DNA of 64,000 nucleotides. Source: an uncultured Bacteroidota bacterium. GTDB taxonomy: Bacteria; Bacteroidota; Bacteroidia; Chitinophagales; LD1. Shown here piece by piece: positions 11,301 through 21,353 of this stretch (within the stretch, counting starts at the first letter, position 1; each line of letters starts with the position of its first letter). The notes under the pieces are model-generated. The model did no database searches and was not told where the DNA came from. It saw only the letters and a list, made by a program, of their open reading frames with translations. The stretch spans positions 4,615 through 68,614 of the forward strand of contig CAISWS010000119.1 of the NCBI GenBank assembly GCA_903889265.1. Direction: 5' to 3'. The position numbers and the translations under genes were made by a program.

Positions 11301-11621
11301 GTTAAGCGCAGCTATATGTACATTGGTGCCAATCTCAAACGTTACGTTAACGTTCATGGTTCCACTGTTGGTGCTGGTACTTTGCATGTACTCCATGCCC
11401 GGGGTACCGTTAACCTGTTCTTCTATAGGTATGGCCACCGTTTGCTCAACGGTTTGTGCATCAGCACCCGTATAGCCGCCCGAAACTGAAACAGACGGAG
11501 GAGAAATATTAGGGTACTGATCTACCGCAAGGTTGAAAATACAGATAGCGCCCGAAATCATTAATACAATGGATATAACGATTGCAGTTACCGGTCTCTT
11601 AATAAATGTATTGGCAATCAT
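8328..11621 (-). CDS. RND (HAE1/AcrB-like) efflux permease, distal paralog
   Basis: 1097 aa. MIANTFIKRPV N-terminus, 12-TM/2-loop layout and VVDDAIIVVE motif. Highly similar along its whole length to the upstream RND gene. Confidence 0.95.
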   Translation of the reverse strand: MIANTFIKRPVTAIVISIVLMISGAICIFNLAVDQYPNISPPSVSVSGGYTGADAQTVEQTVAIPIEEQVNGTPGMEYMQSTSTNSGTMNVNVTFEIGTNVHIAALNVQNRVGIAQPLLPSVVSKLGLTVRARNPSMLMMVAIYSPKGTHGITFLDNYTNIFIEDALLRVPGVGDITARGDNFSMRVWLDPSKMAAYGLNPSDVISALNAQNVQVAAGSVGEPPQKITQPFELGILVNGRLNKREQFEKVIVKTIPATGELVYLKDVGRVELGKFTFASNSFVDGNRSSFLMVYQAPGSNALQTSNAVIAKLEELKKTFPADIAYKIPFENITIIKVSMQEVVETLLMALGLVALVVFLFLQNMRSTIIPILAIPVSILGTFIFFIPLGFTINTLTMFGFVLAIGIVVDDAIIVVEAVQHYIDENGMSPKEATYHAMKEISAPVVAIALILAAVFVPVGFIPGIVGRLYQQFAITIAISVMLSSFIALSLTPALCSLLLRPTRINENSKGLDAFFFWFDKKFTSLTISYSNGVKRCIKWSKLVVVFLIVICAATYLLFKYEPTGFIPFEDEGRLIITYQLPEGSATTQSVQVMTKMMGIIGSTPGVNHFAALSGFNVLSGGTNSNNGTIFCMLKPWAERKEPAERLPGIIDVVKKRISAAGIKNAIVQVNPPPPIRGIGQSQGFSMQIEQGNTSDDVHAFEQVVKKFVADAHKVPAIATAFSLYSAHTPSYSLTVDREKCQKLGVNVTDVFTTMQAYMGSLYVNDITLYNRTYHVVVQADTVFRAMVSDMNKYYVRNKMGEMVPLSTLISYKPIETAPLIQHFNIFRSAEVDGSTPAGFSTGQSIVALRELADKALPPGYTYEFSGLSYEEIRAGATTVYIFLFSIVFVFLFLAALYESWSVPFSVMLAVPISAFGAILTLVCLPPPITNNVYAQIGLITLIGLSAKNAILIVEFAKIRVDRGEELIESTLDAVRLRLRPILMTSIAFILGVMPLVLASGAGAVARKTIGFTVLGGMIASSTISIFIVPVLFVLFTRFSYGEKQLTYLREHHEELLEKAKKVEEQNIDPELEYEIAQAHENDQQVKEKGGDEKPPLT

Positions 11622-11728
11622 ACGTGGTGCATCGTTATGGTATTAAGTTTTTAGACTACCTGGTATGCATTACAAACCTGGCAATTACAGTTCCATCTCA
11701 TGTCTTAATACGCTATACTAAATACTAA

Positions 11729-14700
11729 CTAACCCTTCTTTCCCCGCTCCGCCTCGTTCTGCTCCCGCGAATGGGCAATTTCAAATTCCAGTTCAGGATC
11801 AATATCCTGCGCCTCTACCTTCCTGGCCTTCTCCATCAGTTTATCATGGTGCTGGCGCAAGTATTCCAATTGTTTTTCTCCGTACGACAATCGGGTAATT
11901 AATACAAAAAGTACCGGCACAATAAATATGGCAATTGTTGTAGCCGCCAGCATACCACCCAATACAGTAAAACCAATAGTACGCCTTGCCACTGCTCCGG
12001 CACCGGTTGCAACAACCAGCGGCATCACACCCAAAATAAACGCCATCGAGGTCATAACAATCGGCCGTAAACGCAGGCTAACGGCTTCCAGTGTTGAGGT
12101 AATCAGGTCTTCACCCCGGTCAACCCGTACCTTGGCAAATTCCACTATCAGGATGGCGTTTTTCGCAGCAAGGCCTATCAGTGTAATCAAACCTATTTGC
12201 GCGTATACGTTATTGGTAAGGCCCGGAACACAGGTAAGTGTAAGTATAGCTCCGAATGCCCCGATTGGCACCGCCAGCAATACCGAAAATGGCACCGACC
12301 AGCTTTCGTACAACGCCGCCAGAAACAGAAATACAAATGTGATAGAGAACAGAAATATGTAAATAGTAGTAGACCCTGCCTTAATTTCCTCATAGCTCAG
12401 GCCCGAATATTCATAAGCATATCCCTCGGGCAATACCTTGTCAGCAACATCTTTCAGTGCTTCTAAGGCCTGCGTACTACTGTAGCCCTCCGCAGGCGCA
12501 CCGTCTACTTCCGCTGAGCGGAAAATATTAAAGTGCGATATCAAGGGCGCAGTTTCTGTGGTCTTATAACTAATAACTGTACCCAGTGGAACCATCTCAC
12601 CCGCCTGATTGCGCACATAATATTTGTCCATATCCGATATCATGGTCCTGAAGGCGGTATCAGCCTGCACCACCACATGGAAGGTGCGGTTGTAAGCAGT
12701 AAAATCATTGATATACAAACTGCCCATATAAGCCTGTATGGTGGTAAATACGTCCGAAATATTAACCCCCAGTTTCTCACATTTATCCCGGTCAACGGTC
12801 AGGTTATAACTGGGAGTATGTGCCGAATAGAAACTATAGGCGTTAGTGATGGCCGGGTTTTTATTGGCCTCGGCAACAAAGTTCTTTACTACTTTTTCAA
12901 ACGCATGTATGTCATCCGTTGTATTCCGCTGTTCAATCTGAAAACTAAAACCAACCGTTGCCCCAACCCCCGGTATCGGCGAGGGTTGTATTACCTGCAC
13001 GTTGGCGTTTTTAATACCTGCACTGTCAATGCGTTCCTTCAGCACATCCATAATTCCGGGCACCTTCTCTTTTGCTGCCTTCCGGTCTTCCCATGGTTTA
13101 AGCTGTACGTAAATAGTACCGCAGTTGGAGTTACTTGCATTGGTTACCACGTTTAGTCCCGAAAGTGCGGCATAGTGGCCTACCCCGGGCGTTGTAGTAA
13201 CAACCTTCATCAACTTCTGCATTACATTGGTTGATTGCACCGTGGATGAAGCCTCAGGCAACTGGAAGGTTACATACAAATTACCATCGTCCTCTGAAGG
13301 AATAAAACCCGATGGCTTCGCCTGGAACAGAAAATATGTGCCAACGCAAATACACACCAGCAGAACAACGATGTATTTAGTGCCCGCAATACTACGCTTA
13401 ACCCCCGCTGTATAATTAGCAGTAAGCCTGTCAAACCACGCATTAAACTTCAGAAACAAGCGGTCTAATCCTTTCGCTTCTTTTTCCTCCGGCGAAGGTT
13501 TTAATAACAGAGTGCATAATGCCGGTGTTAACGACAAGGCTATAAAGGCAGATATCATTACTGATATAGCAATGGTAATAGCAAATTGCTGATACAAACG
13601 CCCCACTATGCCCGGAATAAAACCTACCGGCACAAACACCGCAGCTAATATCAGTGCAATCGCTATCACCGGTGCCGATATATCCTTCATGGCATGGTAG
13701 GTCCCTTCTTTGGCCGACATACCTTCTTTATCAATATAATGCTGCACAGCCTCAACCACTATAATAGCATCATCAACCACAATACCTATGGCCAGCACAA
13801 AGCCAAACATGGTAAGCGTATTAATCGAAAACCCTAGCGGTATAAAAAAGCAAAAAGTGCCTAAGATAGAAACCGGTATTGCAAGTACCGGTATAAGTGT
13901 CGACCGCCAGTTTTGCAAAAACAGGTAAACAACTATAGCCACCAATCCTAAAGTCATCAGCAACGTATCCACAACGTCCGACATTGAAACCTTTACAACC
14001 GTCACCGATTCAAAAGGCACACTGTACTCAACATCCGCCGGGAAAGATTTTTTTAATTGTGCAAGTTCAGCATAAACCCCTTCAGCGGTTTTCAAAGCAT
14101 TGCTTCCCGGCGATTGATAAATCCGCAGATAAGAAGCGCGCTTCCCATCCACAAATGAATTACTGCTGAAAGTAAATTTTCCTAACTCCACCCGTGCAAC
14201 ATCCTTCAGATAAACCAACTCACTCGAATCCGGCAAGGCTTTCACAATAATATTTTCAAACTCCGAAACCTTGCTTAAACGCCCGTTTACAAGTATGCCC
14301 AACTCAAAAGTCTGCGTTTTTTTCTGCGGCGGCACACCGGCCGAACCGGCTGCTACCTGAACATTTTGGGCATTCAGCGCATTTATAATATCGCCGGGTG
14401 TTAAGCTGTACGCCGCCATTTTTTGGGGGTTCATCCAAACGCGCATACTAAAATCATCCGTAAAACGGTTTATGCTGCCTACACCCGGCACCCGCAAAAG
14501 GGCATCCTGTACAAAGATGTTAGTGTAATTATCCAGAAACGTAATGTCATGCGTTCCTTTGGGTGCATAAACCGCCACCATCATCAGCATACTCGGATTT
14601 AACGACCTTACAGTTAACCCTAGCCTGCTGGCTACAGAGGGAATCAAAGGGGTGGCAATACTTACACGGTTTTGAACATCCAACGTTGCAATATCAATGT

Positions 14701-14998
14701 CGGTGCCAATATTGTAGGTAACGTTAATCTGCATCAGCCCGTTGTTGGTGCTGTTGCTTTGCATGTATTCCATACCCGGCGTACCGTTCACCTGTTCTTC
14801 AATAGGCGTAGCCATAGTTTGCTCTACCGTTTGGGCATCAGCACCGGTAAACTGGCCGTTAACCTGTACTATAGGTGGAGTAATATTAGGGTATTGGTCA
14901 ACCGGAAGATTGAGGATACAGATAGTACCGGTAATAACCAATACTACGGAAATAACTATAGCGGTTACCGGTCTTTTAATAAATGTATTCGCAATCAT
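11729..14998 (-). CDS. RND (HAE1/AcrB-like) efflux permease, proximal paralog
   Basis: 1089 aa with the same motifs as the neighbouring RND gene. 107-bp gap between the two. Confidence 0.95.
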   Translation of the reverse strand: MIANTFIKRPVTAIVISVVLVITGTICILNLPVDQYPNITPPIVQVNGQFTGADAQTVEQTMATPIEEQVNGTPGMEYMQSNSTNNGLMQINVTYNIGTDIDIATLDVQNRVSIATPLIPSVASRLGLTVRSLNPSMLMMVAVYAPKGTHDITFLDNYTNIFVQDALLRVPGVGSINRFTDDFSMRVWMNPQKMAAYSLTPGDIINALNAQNVQVAAGSAGVPPQKKTQTFELGILVNGRLSKVSEFENIIVKALPDSSELVYLKDVARVELGKFTFSSNSFVDGKRASYLRIYQSPGSNALKTAEGVYAELAQLKKSFPADVEYSVPFESVTVVKVSMSDVVDTLLMTLGLVAIVVYLFLQNWRSTLIPVLAIPVSILGTFCFFIPLGFSINTLTMFGFVLAIGIVVDDAIIVVEAVQHYIDKEGMSAKEGTYHAMKDISAPVIAIALILAAVFVPVGFIPGIVGRLYQQFAITIAISVMISAFIALSLTPALCTLLLKPSPEEKEAKGLDRLFLKFNAWFDRLTANYTAGVKRSIAGTKYIVVLLVCICVGTYFLFQAKPSGFIPSEDDGNLYVTFQLPEASSTVQSTNVMQKLMKVVTTTPGVGHYAALSGLNVVTNASNSNCGTIYVQLKPWEDRKAAKEKVPGIMDVLKERIDSAGIKNANVQVIQPSPIPGVGATVGFSFQIEQRNTTDDIHAFEKVVKNFVAEANKNPAITNAYSFYSAHTPSYNLTVDRDKCEKLGVNISDVFTTIQAYMGSLYINDFTAYNRTFHVVVQADTAFRTMISDMDKYYVRNQAGEMVPLGTVISYKTTETAPLISHFNIFRSAEVDGAPAEGYSSTQALEALKDVADKVLPEGYAYEYSGLSYEEIKAGSTTIYIFLFSITFVFLFLAALYESWSVPFSVLLAVPIGAFGAILTLTCVPGLTNNVYAQIGLITLIGLAAKNAILIVEFAKVRVDRGEDLITSTLEAVSLRLRPIVMTSMAFILGVMPLVVATGAGAVARRTIGFTVLGGMLAATTIAIFIVPVLFVLITRLSYGEKQLEYLRQHHDKLMEKARKVEAQDIDPELEFEIAHSREQNEAERGKKG

Positions 14999-15129
14999 AA
15001 CACTGTTCGTTTTTGGTATTTAGTAGAAAGTAATGAGCAGAAAGATTTGAGCGTTGATGAACATTGGGGCGTGTTTTACGCTGTTATCTCAATACTTTTT
15101 ACACAATACTATATACACTCATTCAATCC

Positions 15130-16341
15130 TTATTTGCTTCCTTTTCCCTCACCGGTAGTTCCGCCCTGACCCGGCTGCTTTTTGGATACTGCAACCCTCG
15201 AACCCTCATGCAAAGCCTGAACTCCGTCAACCACAATCTGGTCGCCATCTGCAATACCGGCTTTAATTATCACATGGTCATCTATCGTTTGCCCTAACTG
15301 CACCTTATGTTGAAATGCACGATATTTTGGACCAGGCACTGAATCCATCGGATCTTTTTCCTTGCGGGCAGAATCTGCTGCTGTAAACATCACCGTATCC
15401 TTTACCACAAAAACAAAATATTCACCCATCTGTTCCACTACCGCCTTTCCTGGTATAACCATTTGGGGTGCCTTTTCCTGGTTATGCACACGCACCACGC
15501 AACTCATACCTGCACGTAAAGCATACTTCGGATTAGGAAATTCAAGTCGTATGCGGATAGTACCGGTTTGCGGATCAACGCCGCGGTCAATAACAGAAAT
15601 TTTTCCGGGGTAAGGGTAAACCGAGTGGTCTGGCAAAACAATAGTAAACAACGAATCAGAAAGCGCCGTTTTGCTTTGCGACAGCTCCTGGTAATGCGAC
15701 AGCTGAGCTTCATTAATCAGAAAGTCAACAGCCATCGGGTTATCAGTTGATATGGTATTCAGTATAGTTGAACCAACAGATACCATGTTCCCCATCTTTA
15801 CCTGGCTAAAACCAATAGTTCCGTCAAAAGGCGCAGTAATGATAGAATAAGTGAAATTAGCTTTGGCAGTATTAACAGCCTGTTGCGCAGCCCCAACTGA
15901 ATTCTTCGCATTCTCCAAAGCAATAATAGCGTGGTCGTATAACTGCTTGGCAACAGCATTCTGTTCATTTAAATAAGTATAACGGTCAGCGTCCTGCTGG
16001 GCCTGCACTTGCGTACCTTGCGCCACTTTAAGATTAGCTACGGCCTGGTCGTAAGCAGCCTGGTATAAGCGCTCATCTATTTCATAAAGCTTTTGTCCCT
16101 TTTGAACGTGAGTGCCTTCCGTAAAAAATATACCTGTAATATATCCCTGCACTTCCGGGCGCAGGTCTACCTGGCTTAGCCCCTGCACCGTTGCCGGAAA
16201 ATTATCGTAATAAAAAACCTGCTGGGATTTTACCGTATATAAATTTACCGGCGTAGGCGGTGTAGGCGGAGTCACCTTTGGCTTACACGAATAAAGTGTA
16301 AGACAGGCGGCAAAAAGTATACTTAATACTACTCTATTCAT
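15130..16341 (-). CDS. RND efflux periplasmic adaptor (membrane fusion protein)
   Basis: 403 aa. Lipobox LYSC, alpha-hairpin coiled coil (YQAAYDQAVANLKVAQ...), beta-barrel and MP domains typical of the HlyD_D23/AcrA family. Confidence 0.9.
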   Translation of the reverse strand: MNRVVLSILFAACLTLYSCKPKVTPPTPPTPVNLYTVKSQQVFYYDNFPATVQGLSQVDLRPEVQGYITGIFFTEGTHVQKGQKLYEIDERLYQAAYDQAVANLKVAQGTQVQAQQDADRYTYLNEQNAVAKQLYDHAIIALENAKNSVGAAQQAVNTAKANFTYSIITAPFDGTIGFSQVKMGNMVSVGSTILNTISTDNPMAVDFLINEAQLSHYQELSQSKTALSDSLFTIVLPDHSVYPYPGKISVIDRGVDPQTGTIRIRLEFPNPKYALRAGMSCVVRVHNQEKAPQMVIPGKAVVEQMGEYFVFVVKDTVMFTAADSARKEKDPMDSVPGPKYRAFQHKVQLGQTIDDHVIIKAGIADGDQIVVDGVQALHEGSRVAVSKKQPGQGGTTGEGKGSK

Positions 16342-16368
16342 AGAGTGTTTGGTTTTACGCGTTAATAA

Positions 16369-17697
16369 TTAATAGGAAATCTGTCCCATAGCCTGCTCCA
16401 CATCTATCTTGCTGGATAGTACCTGGAACAAAGCATTTAAATAACCAATTTCCGATGATATATAGTTTGATTGTGCTGTAATTACATTCAGATAAGGCAC
16501 AATACCCTGTTTATATTGCATTTCAACAACGGTGTAAACCTTTTTTGCCATGGCCGAATTATCCTGCTGCGCGTGCATGTTAAACAGGTTGCTGTTGTAA
16601 TTGGCAATGGCCTGCGTATACTGCGTATAAATAACCGATTCTAAATTCTGCTGGCTATAATCAAAAAGTTTCTCTTGCATTTTCGACCTCCGCACGCTTT
16701 CAATACGCGATAGACCGGTAAACAAGGGCAGGTTAAGCGATAGGCCAACTACGGAGTTGGGGGATGCTGTGGCTAACAGGTTATTCAGTTTATTACTCTC
16801 GTATTCGTAATTGTAATTAAAATAGGCACCCAGGGTTGGCAGAAATGAAAACTCGTAAAACCCGGTAAGCTTGTGCTGCAGCGCCCTGTCTGTTGCCAGT
16901 TGCTGATACTCTATTCTCTTTTCGTATTGCAACTGCTGCGTGGTATCAAGTCCTATATCTTTCATCATTTGAGCGGTGTCAAACTTTACATTAAAATCGT
17001 TGTGGGGAGGAAAGCCCATCAGCTGTTTTAATCCGGCGTACTGCGGAGTAATATTTTCGTTAGCCTGCCTTAGTTGCGCAACAGTATTATTCAGGGTTAT
17101 GGTGGCTTCCTGGTAATCGGTTACATCAGCAATGCCGCCAACGTATTGGTGGTATGCGTCCCTCACACTCTTGGCAAGCATTACCGTATCTGATTTTAAA
17201 ACATCAATTTCCTGCAGGTTAAGCAGCAGATTATAAAAGGCCTTGGTTACAGCTACAGCAACGTATATCTTCGAACTATCTATTATCTGCGTAGCTGCTT
17301 TAGTGTACAATTTGGCGGTTGTAGCAGAATATAAAAGGGTAGGGCTGAATATAGTTTGAGTGCCATTCAAAGCAGGTATAAAACTGGCCTGTATTGCGCT
17401 TCTTTCGGCCACCAAAGGAAGGTTAGGGTTTACAGGGTTCGAAATAAGTGATGTTGTTGGCTGCGGGTAAAACGCAAAGTTGCCCGTAGCCCCAACCTGT
17501 GGCAACCAACCCGATATATTAATAAAGTTAGTAGTTCTGGCAATCTTTAAACCAAGCGTGGCCTGCATAATATTCGGCTGGTTCTTCAGGGCATAGTCTA
17601 TACAGTCCTGCAGCGAAAAACTTTGAACACCGTTAGCTGAAGCATTTTGGCTACGCATATCCTTCGGCATGCTAAGCAAAACCGCTAAAAACAGCAT
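16369..17697 (-). CDS. TolC-family outer membrane efflux protein
   Basis: The ORF extends to 17799, but a signal-peptide-like MLFLAVLLSMPKDMRSQ begins at the Met encoded at 17697. Two OEP repeats. 27-bp gap to the adaptor gene. Confidence 0.85.
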   Translation of the reverse strand: MLFLAVLLSMPKDMRSQNASANGVQSFSLQDCIDYALKNQPNIMQATLGLKIARTTNFINISGWLPQVGATGNFAFYPQPTTSLISNPVNPNLPLVAERSAIQASFIPALNGTQTIFSPTLLYSATTAKLYTKAATQIIDSSKIYVAVAVTKAFYNLLLNLQEIDVLKSDTVMLAKSVRDAYHQYVGGIADVTDYQEATITLNNTVAQLRQANENITPQYAGLKQLMGFPPHNDFNVKFDTAQMMKDIGLDTTQQLQYEKRIEYQQLATDRALQHKLTGFYEFSFLPTLGAYFNYNYEYESNKLNNLLATASPNSVVGLSLNLPLFTGLSRIESVRRSKMQEKLFDYSQQNLESVIYTQYTQAIANYNSNLFNMHAQQDNSAMAKKVYTVVEMQYKQGIVPYLNVITAQSNYISSEIGYLNALFQVLSSKIDVEQAMGQISY

Positions 17698-18098
17698 AGT
17701 GTGGGTAATCCTGTTTTTTACAGCGGCACAAAGTCCTCTCAAAAGCAGTGGGTTCTCATTATTTAACCAAATGTGATATTCCATAAACTTAATTCGCATT
17801 CAGATGTAAAAAGCTTGACACTGGTACGCCAACTGCCAGGTATGGGCATTATAGCCTCATGGGTAAGACGCATCAAACATAAAGATTAAAAAATCTGCAA
17901 CAAGTCTGTAAGGGCTGATTAACATATTTTTTACTTATTGTAGCAATATCGGCACAGCGGTAAGCTTTTTCTTTTAGTCTGCTTTTTGTTTAAAAATAGT
18001 ATTTTCGTCCGGTTCGCTTTGTTAAATATATATTCGAAAAAATGATTCAAATAAACCGGCATTGCTACTTCTTTGCCCGGTAATACAATCCTTCAGAA

Positions 18099-18668
18099 AT
18101 GAAACCTGAAAAAGGAAAAAAGAAAGACAGGCCGGTATCATCACCCAAAAAAGAGGAGTCCTCCGGTAGCCTCAGTTTTATCTCGGGCCTTTTTTTTAAT
18201 ATCATGGGTGCAGCCGTTGCAGGTGTTTTTTTATATGTGATTTTCAACTACAGCCAGGGGTACGATTGGCTTTTGAATACCATGCTTAAAGGCAACTTTG
18301 AAACAATGGAGCAAAATCCGCCAGACCCTTCCGTAGCACAGCGTTACGAAATAAAATGGGGCGGTAGAATTGGCATGGGCGAAATATCATACGTAAACAG
18401 GATAAAAGACCAAACCCCTGACTCAGCAATCATTCTTATTCCGCCCAGAAAAATGCTAACCGAAGTAGGCTTTAAAAGCATGCCCGAAATGCCCTGGTTA
18501 ACTTATTTTCTTTATCCGCGAAAAGTAGTTTACGAAGATGATAAGGATAGCAGCAAGCTTTATAGCAGGGCAAATTACATTCTGGCATTAAATGGCTGGG
18601 GTTTAAATAAAGTAAACTATGCTATTCAAAAACCTGAAGGCTTTATGGTTTTACCTCTGAAAAAATGA
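18099..18668 (+). CDS. hypothetical single-pass membrane protein
   Basis: 189 aa. Lys-rich N-terminus, one TM (FISGLFFNIMGAAVAGVFLYVIF). 4-bp gap to the downstream polytopic membrane gene. No recognisable family. Confidence 0.4.
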   Translation: MKPEKGKKKDRPVSSPKKEESSGSLSFISGLFFNIMGAAVAGVFLYVIFNYSQGYDWLLNTMLKGNFETMEQNPPDPSVAQRYEIKWGGRIGMGEISYVNRIKDQTPDSAIILIPPRKMLTEVGFKSMPEMPWLTYFLYPRKVVYEDDKDSSKLYSRANYILALNGWGLNKVNYAIQKPEGFMVLPLKK

Positions 18669-18672
18669 CTGA

Positions 18673-20109
18673 ATGAACTACCTGATATTTACACTCATTT
18701 TTGTAACCGGTTTGCTTATTGTGCTTCTTATCAGCGATAAGTTCAGCCTGGGTGAAAGACTTGGATTAACGCCTTTGCTTGGCTTGGGATATACCACTTT
18801 TCTGATGTTCTTTTTGGATGCCGCGGGTATGGGCATTCGTTATTCAAATGTGGTAGCTGCTTTGCTGGCCACAATTACAGTTGCCGGAGCAGGCCTGGCT
18901 TTTCTTTACATTAAAAAACTACGCCGCTTTGAACTTTTCCCCAACGAAAAACCCAGCCTGGCAGGCATCAATCTTCCCTGGGCTGTATTTTTTGTATTCG
19001 GGCTTTACCTGGCTTACGGCATAACCGTTAAATGCCTTTACTGGCCACCGGCCGAGTTTGACAGTATAGAAGGTTACGACTTACTTGCCAAAGCCATAGC
19101 GCATGAAGGAACTATCGCTAACAGCGTTCTCCTTAATCCGCAAATAGTTGCCGGTTGTGGCCCGCGGCTTTTATACCCGCCACTGTTTGCCTCGTGTAAT
19201 GCGATTTGTTATATGAGCGGCATGGAAAGCCCAAAGTTAATTACAGCAATTTTCTTCCTGTCCTGGCTGGTGCTTTTGTATTCACTTATTAAAAGGTTTG
19301 TACCCCATACCGCCGCCATTTTCGCCACATTTATGACAATGATTGCGCCTGAAATGTTTGCCAATGCCTCTTTCACGCTTACCAATTACCCTACCGCAGT
19401 TTACTCCGCCGCTGCAGTGCTCAGTTTCTATATTTGGCATGAGCGAAGGATAGATGGTTTCTTTTATCTGAGCATCATTACATTATTATTTGCCACCTGG
19501 ACCAGGTCCGATGGGGTAGTTTTCTATCCCGCCATAATGTTGGTATTGCTATACGATGCCTGGAAAACCAAAACCGTAAAAAGAATTCTCACTTACGGTA
19601 TTGTCAGCATAATCCCTTTTATTCTTTGGCATTTTTACCTTACCTCGCATATCGAGCGCCAGCAGGATTCGTTCTTTATTAAGAAACTGTTTTTTGATAC
19701 AGCGAAGCTGGGTCAGGTTTGGGATGCCGCTAAAAAAATGTTGTTCGAAACGCAGCTTTACGGCATTGTCTTCCACTTTTTTGTGGGTGTCATAGTCTTA
19801 AACGTCTTGTATAAGTTATACCTGTTTCTATCTGCCAATCAGGAAAAGAGAAAAAATATTTTTCAGGCTGATGACCGCTTTAGTTTCCTGGTTGTGTTTT
19901 TCGGAGGCTGGTTTTTATATACTTTGCTTTTTTACCAGATGAAAAACACCGATGGCTCGCTATTTGCACCAGGGGGTTGGATGCTTTCAGGTTACAAACG
20001 CGGCATGTTCTCCTTCGTCCCTCTGGCTATGTTTTACTTTGTAGCTAATCCGCTGGCCATGTGGCTTTACGCTAAGTTAAGCAGCTGGGCCTCTAACGGT
20101 AATTCTTAA
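18673..20109 (+). CDS. polytopic membrane protein, GT-C-like glycosyltransferase candidate
   Basis: 478 aa with more than 10 hydrophobic segments. Acidic loop motif PAEFDSIEGYD after the early TMs. Assignment by architecture only. Confidence 0.45.
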   Translation: MNYLIFTLIFVTGLLIVLLISDKFSLGERLGLTPLLGLGYTTFLMFFLDAAGMGIRYSNVVAALLATITVAGAGLAFLYIKKLRRFELFPNEKPSLAGINLPWAVFFVFGLYLAYGITVKCLYWPPAEFDSIEGYDLLAKAIAHEGTIANSVLLNPQIVAGCGPRLLYPPLFASCNAICYMSGMESPKLITAIFFLSWLVLLYSLIKRFVPHTAAIFATFMTMIAPEMFANASFTLTNYPTAVYSAAAVLSFYIWHERRIDGFFYLSIITLLFATWTRSDGVVFYPAIMLVLLYDAWKTKTVKRILTYGIVSIIPFILWHFYLTSHIERQQDSFFIKKLFFDTAKLGQVWDAAKKMLFETQLYGIVFHFFVGVIVLNVLYKLYLFLSANQEKRKNIFQADDRFSFLVVFFGGWFLYTLLFYQMKNTDGSLFAPGGWMLSGYKRGMFSFVPLAMFYFVANPLAMWLYAKLSSWASNGNS

Positions 20110-20170
20110 AATAGATATTTGTACGATGGTGGTTACCGGCAGTTCCGCATAAGGTTGAGTAAGGCTCCCG

Positions 20171-21247
20171 TTACTTCTCTTTCTTCTTCGCCTCGTTAAT
20201 GCCTGCCATAAAATCGTTCCACGATTTTTTCTTGTAAACATCATCACCATAAAAGGTGACAATATTTTTAAGCGACCCCGCCGGGAGGTAAAACGGAATT
20301 GCATCCACTATATTCATACTCTCATCAAGTATTACCATCGTGGGCAAAGTAAAGCTGTTGCGGCAAAGCGTAATAGCCAGCTGATGAAACGGCGCCTGTG
20401 GTGTACGTGCATTAGAAAAAGTCTGCCCTTTAAAAGTAATAGCATCCGTTATCTCGGGGTTAAAATCCACCAGGTCGTATTTGTCAGTAACATATTTCTC
20501 AACCGTGGTATCTATAAAAGATGACCGCTGCATTACCCGGCAGGCGTTACACCACTCCGTATGTATCAGCACAAGGGTTTTCTTCTTGGATGTTTCTTTG
20601 TTATTAAACGCTTCAACCGGTGTCTTCCATTTAATTTCTTTCAGTCTGCGTTCAGTGGCAGTATCAGAAAACGCAACGTCATAGCCTGCCTTAAAATCAT
20701 CATAGCTCGAATTCCGGAAGGCATTCTCCAGCGTAAAAACCAGTATCGGCTCAAATTTGGTATTATCCAGGTAGCCCTGGGCCAGCATGCTAAAGCTAAA
20801 TTCGTCTTTCTTTTTATCGTAGTTGTTTAAAAACATGGTGGTAGGGTACATCAACTTATTTTGCAGCAATTTTATGGCCAGTGCATTTGTGGCACCCCTG
20901 CCAGTACCCACCGGCCCGTATTTTTCGCCCAGGTACTCAATCGTATCTTTTGTTTCTGCATTAAATTTTACAGGGTAAAAGTTATTGTTGATGTATCCGG
21001 CAAGGTCCGGATTGGCATAAGTAGTTTTCATCATCTGTTTGCACCATCCGCACCAGTCGGTGTAAAAGTCCATGATAATGGGGCGTGGCTGTGTTTTTTC
21101 CTTCTCCATCGCCTCCTGCAGGGTCATCCATTTCACATAACTTCCTTCGGCATCTGCCTGTAAAGGCGCCTGTTGTTGTGCCCTAACCAAACAAGGAAAC
21201 AATAAGCCTGTGCAAATAGCAGTATATAGTAATGTTTTCCGTAGCAT
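20171..21247 (-). CDS. secreted protein with two thioredoxin-like domains
   Basis: 358 aa. Signal peptide, then two CxxC sites in Trx-like context (DWCGWCKQM and EWCNACRVM). Confidence 0.75.
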   Translation of the reverse strand: MLRKTLLYTAICTGLLFPCLVRAQQQAPLQADAEGSYVKWMTLQEAMEKEKTQPRPIIMDFYTDWCGWCKQMMKTTYANPDLAGYINNNFYPVKFNAETKDTIEYLGEKYGPVGTGRGATNALAIKLLQNKLMYPTTMFLNNYDKKKDEFSFSMLAQGYLDNTKFEPILVFTLENAFRNSSYDDFKAGYDVAFSDTATERRLKEIKWKTPVEAFNNKETSKKKTLVLIHTEWCNACRVMQRSSFIDTTVEKYVTDKYDLVDFNPEITDAITFKGQTFSNARTPQAPFHQLAITLCRNSFTLPTMVILDESMNIVDAIPFYLPAGSLKNIVTFYGDDVYKKKSWNDFMAGINEAKKKEK

Positions 21248-21353
21248 GCTTACAAATTTAAAAGAATGGGCGATTTGACCCGGAAAATGATTTCGATATT
21301 TAACTTTCTAAAACAAATTATCTCCCCTTTCCTGATGCCAATAACCAGCCTGG

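Noticed and set aside
12533-13156. 207-aa plus-strand ORF, and other ORFs of 60-165 aa, inside the RND genes.
   Set aside because: They are antisense or off-frame within two very well supported 1090-aa RND permease genes, with no independent coding signal.
16369-17799. N-terminal extensions in the ORF track: TolC to 17799, TonB-domain protein to 32017, lipoprotein to 39350, DUF4258 protein from 39835, membrane protein to 54934.
   Set aside because: In each case an internal Met immediately precedes a signal peptide or lipobox, and the extension is non-coding-like or reads through a repeat. Shorter starts are preferred, although not proven.
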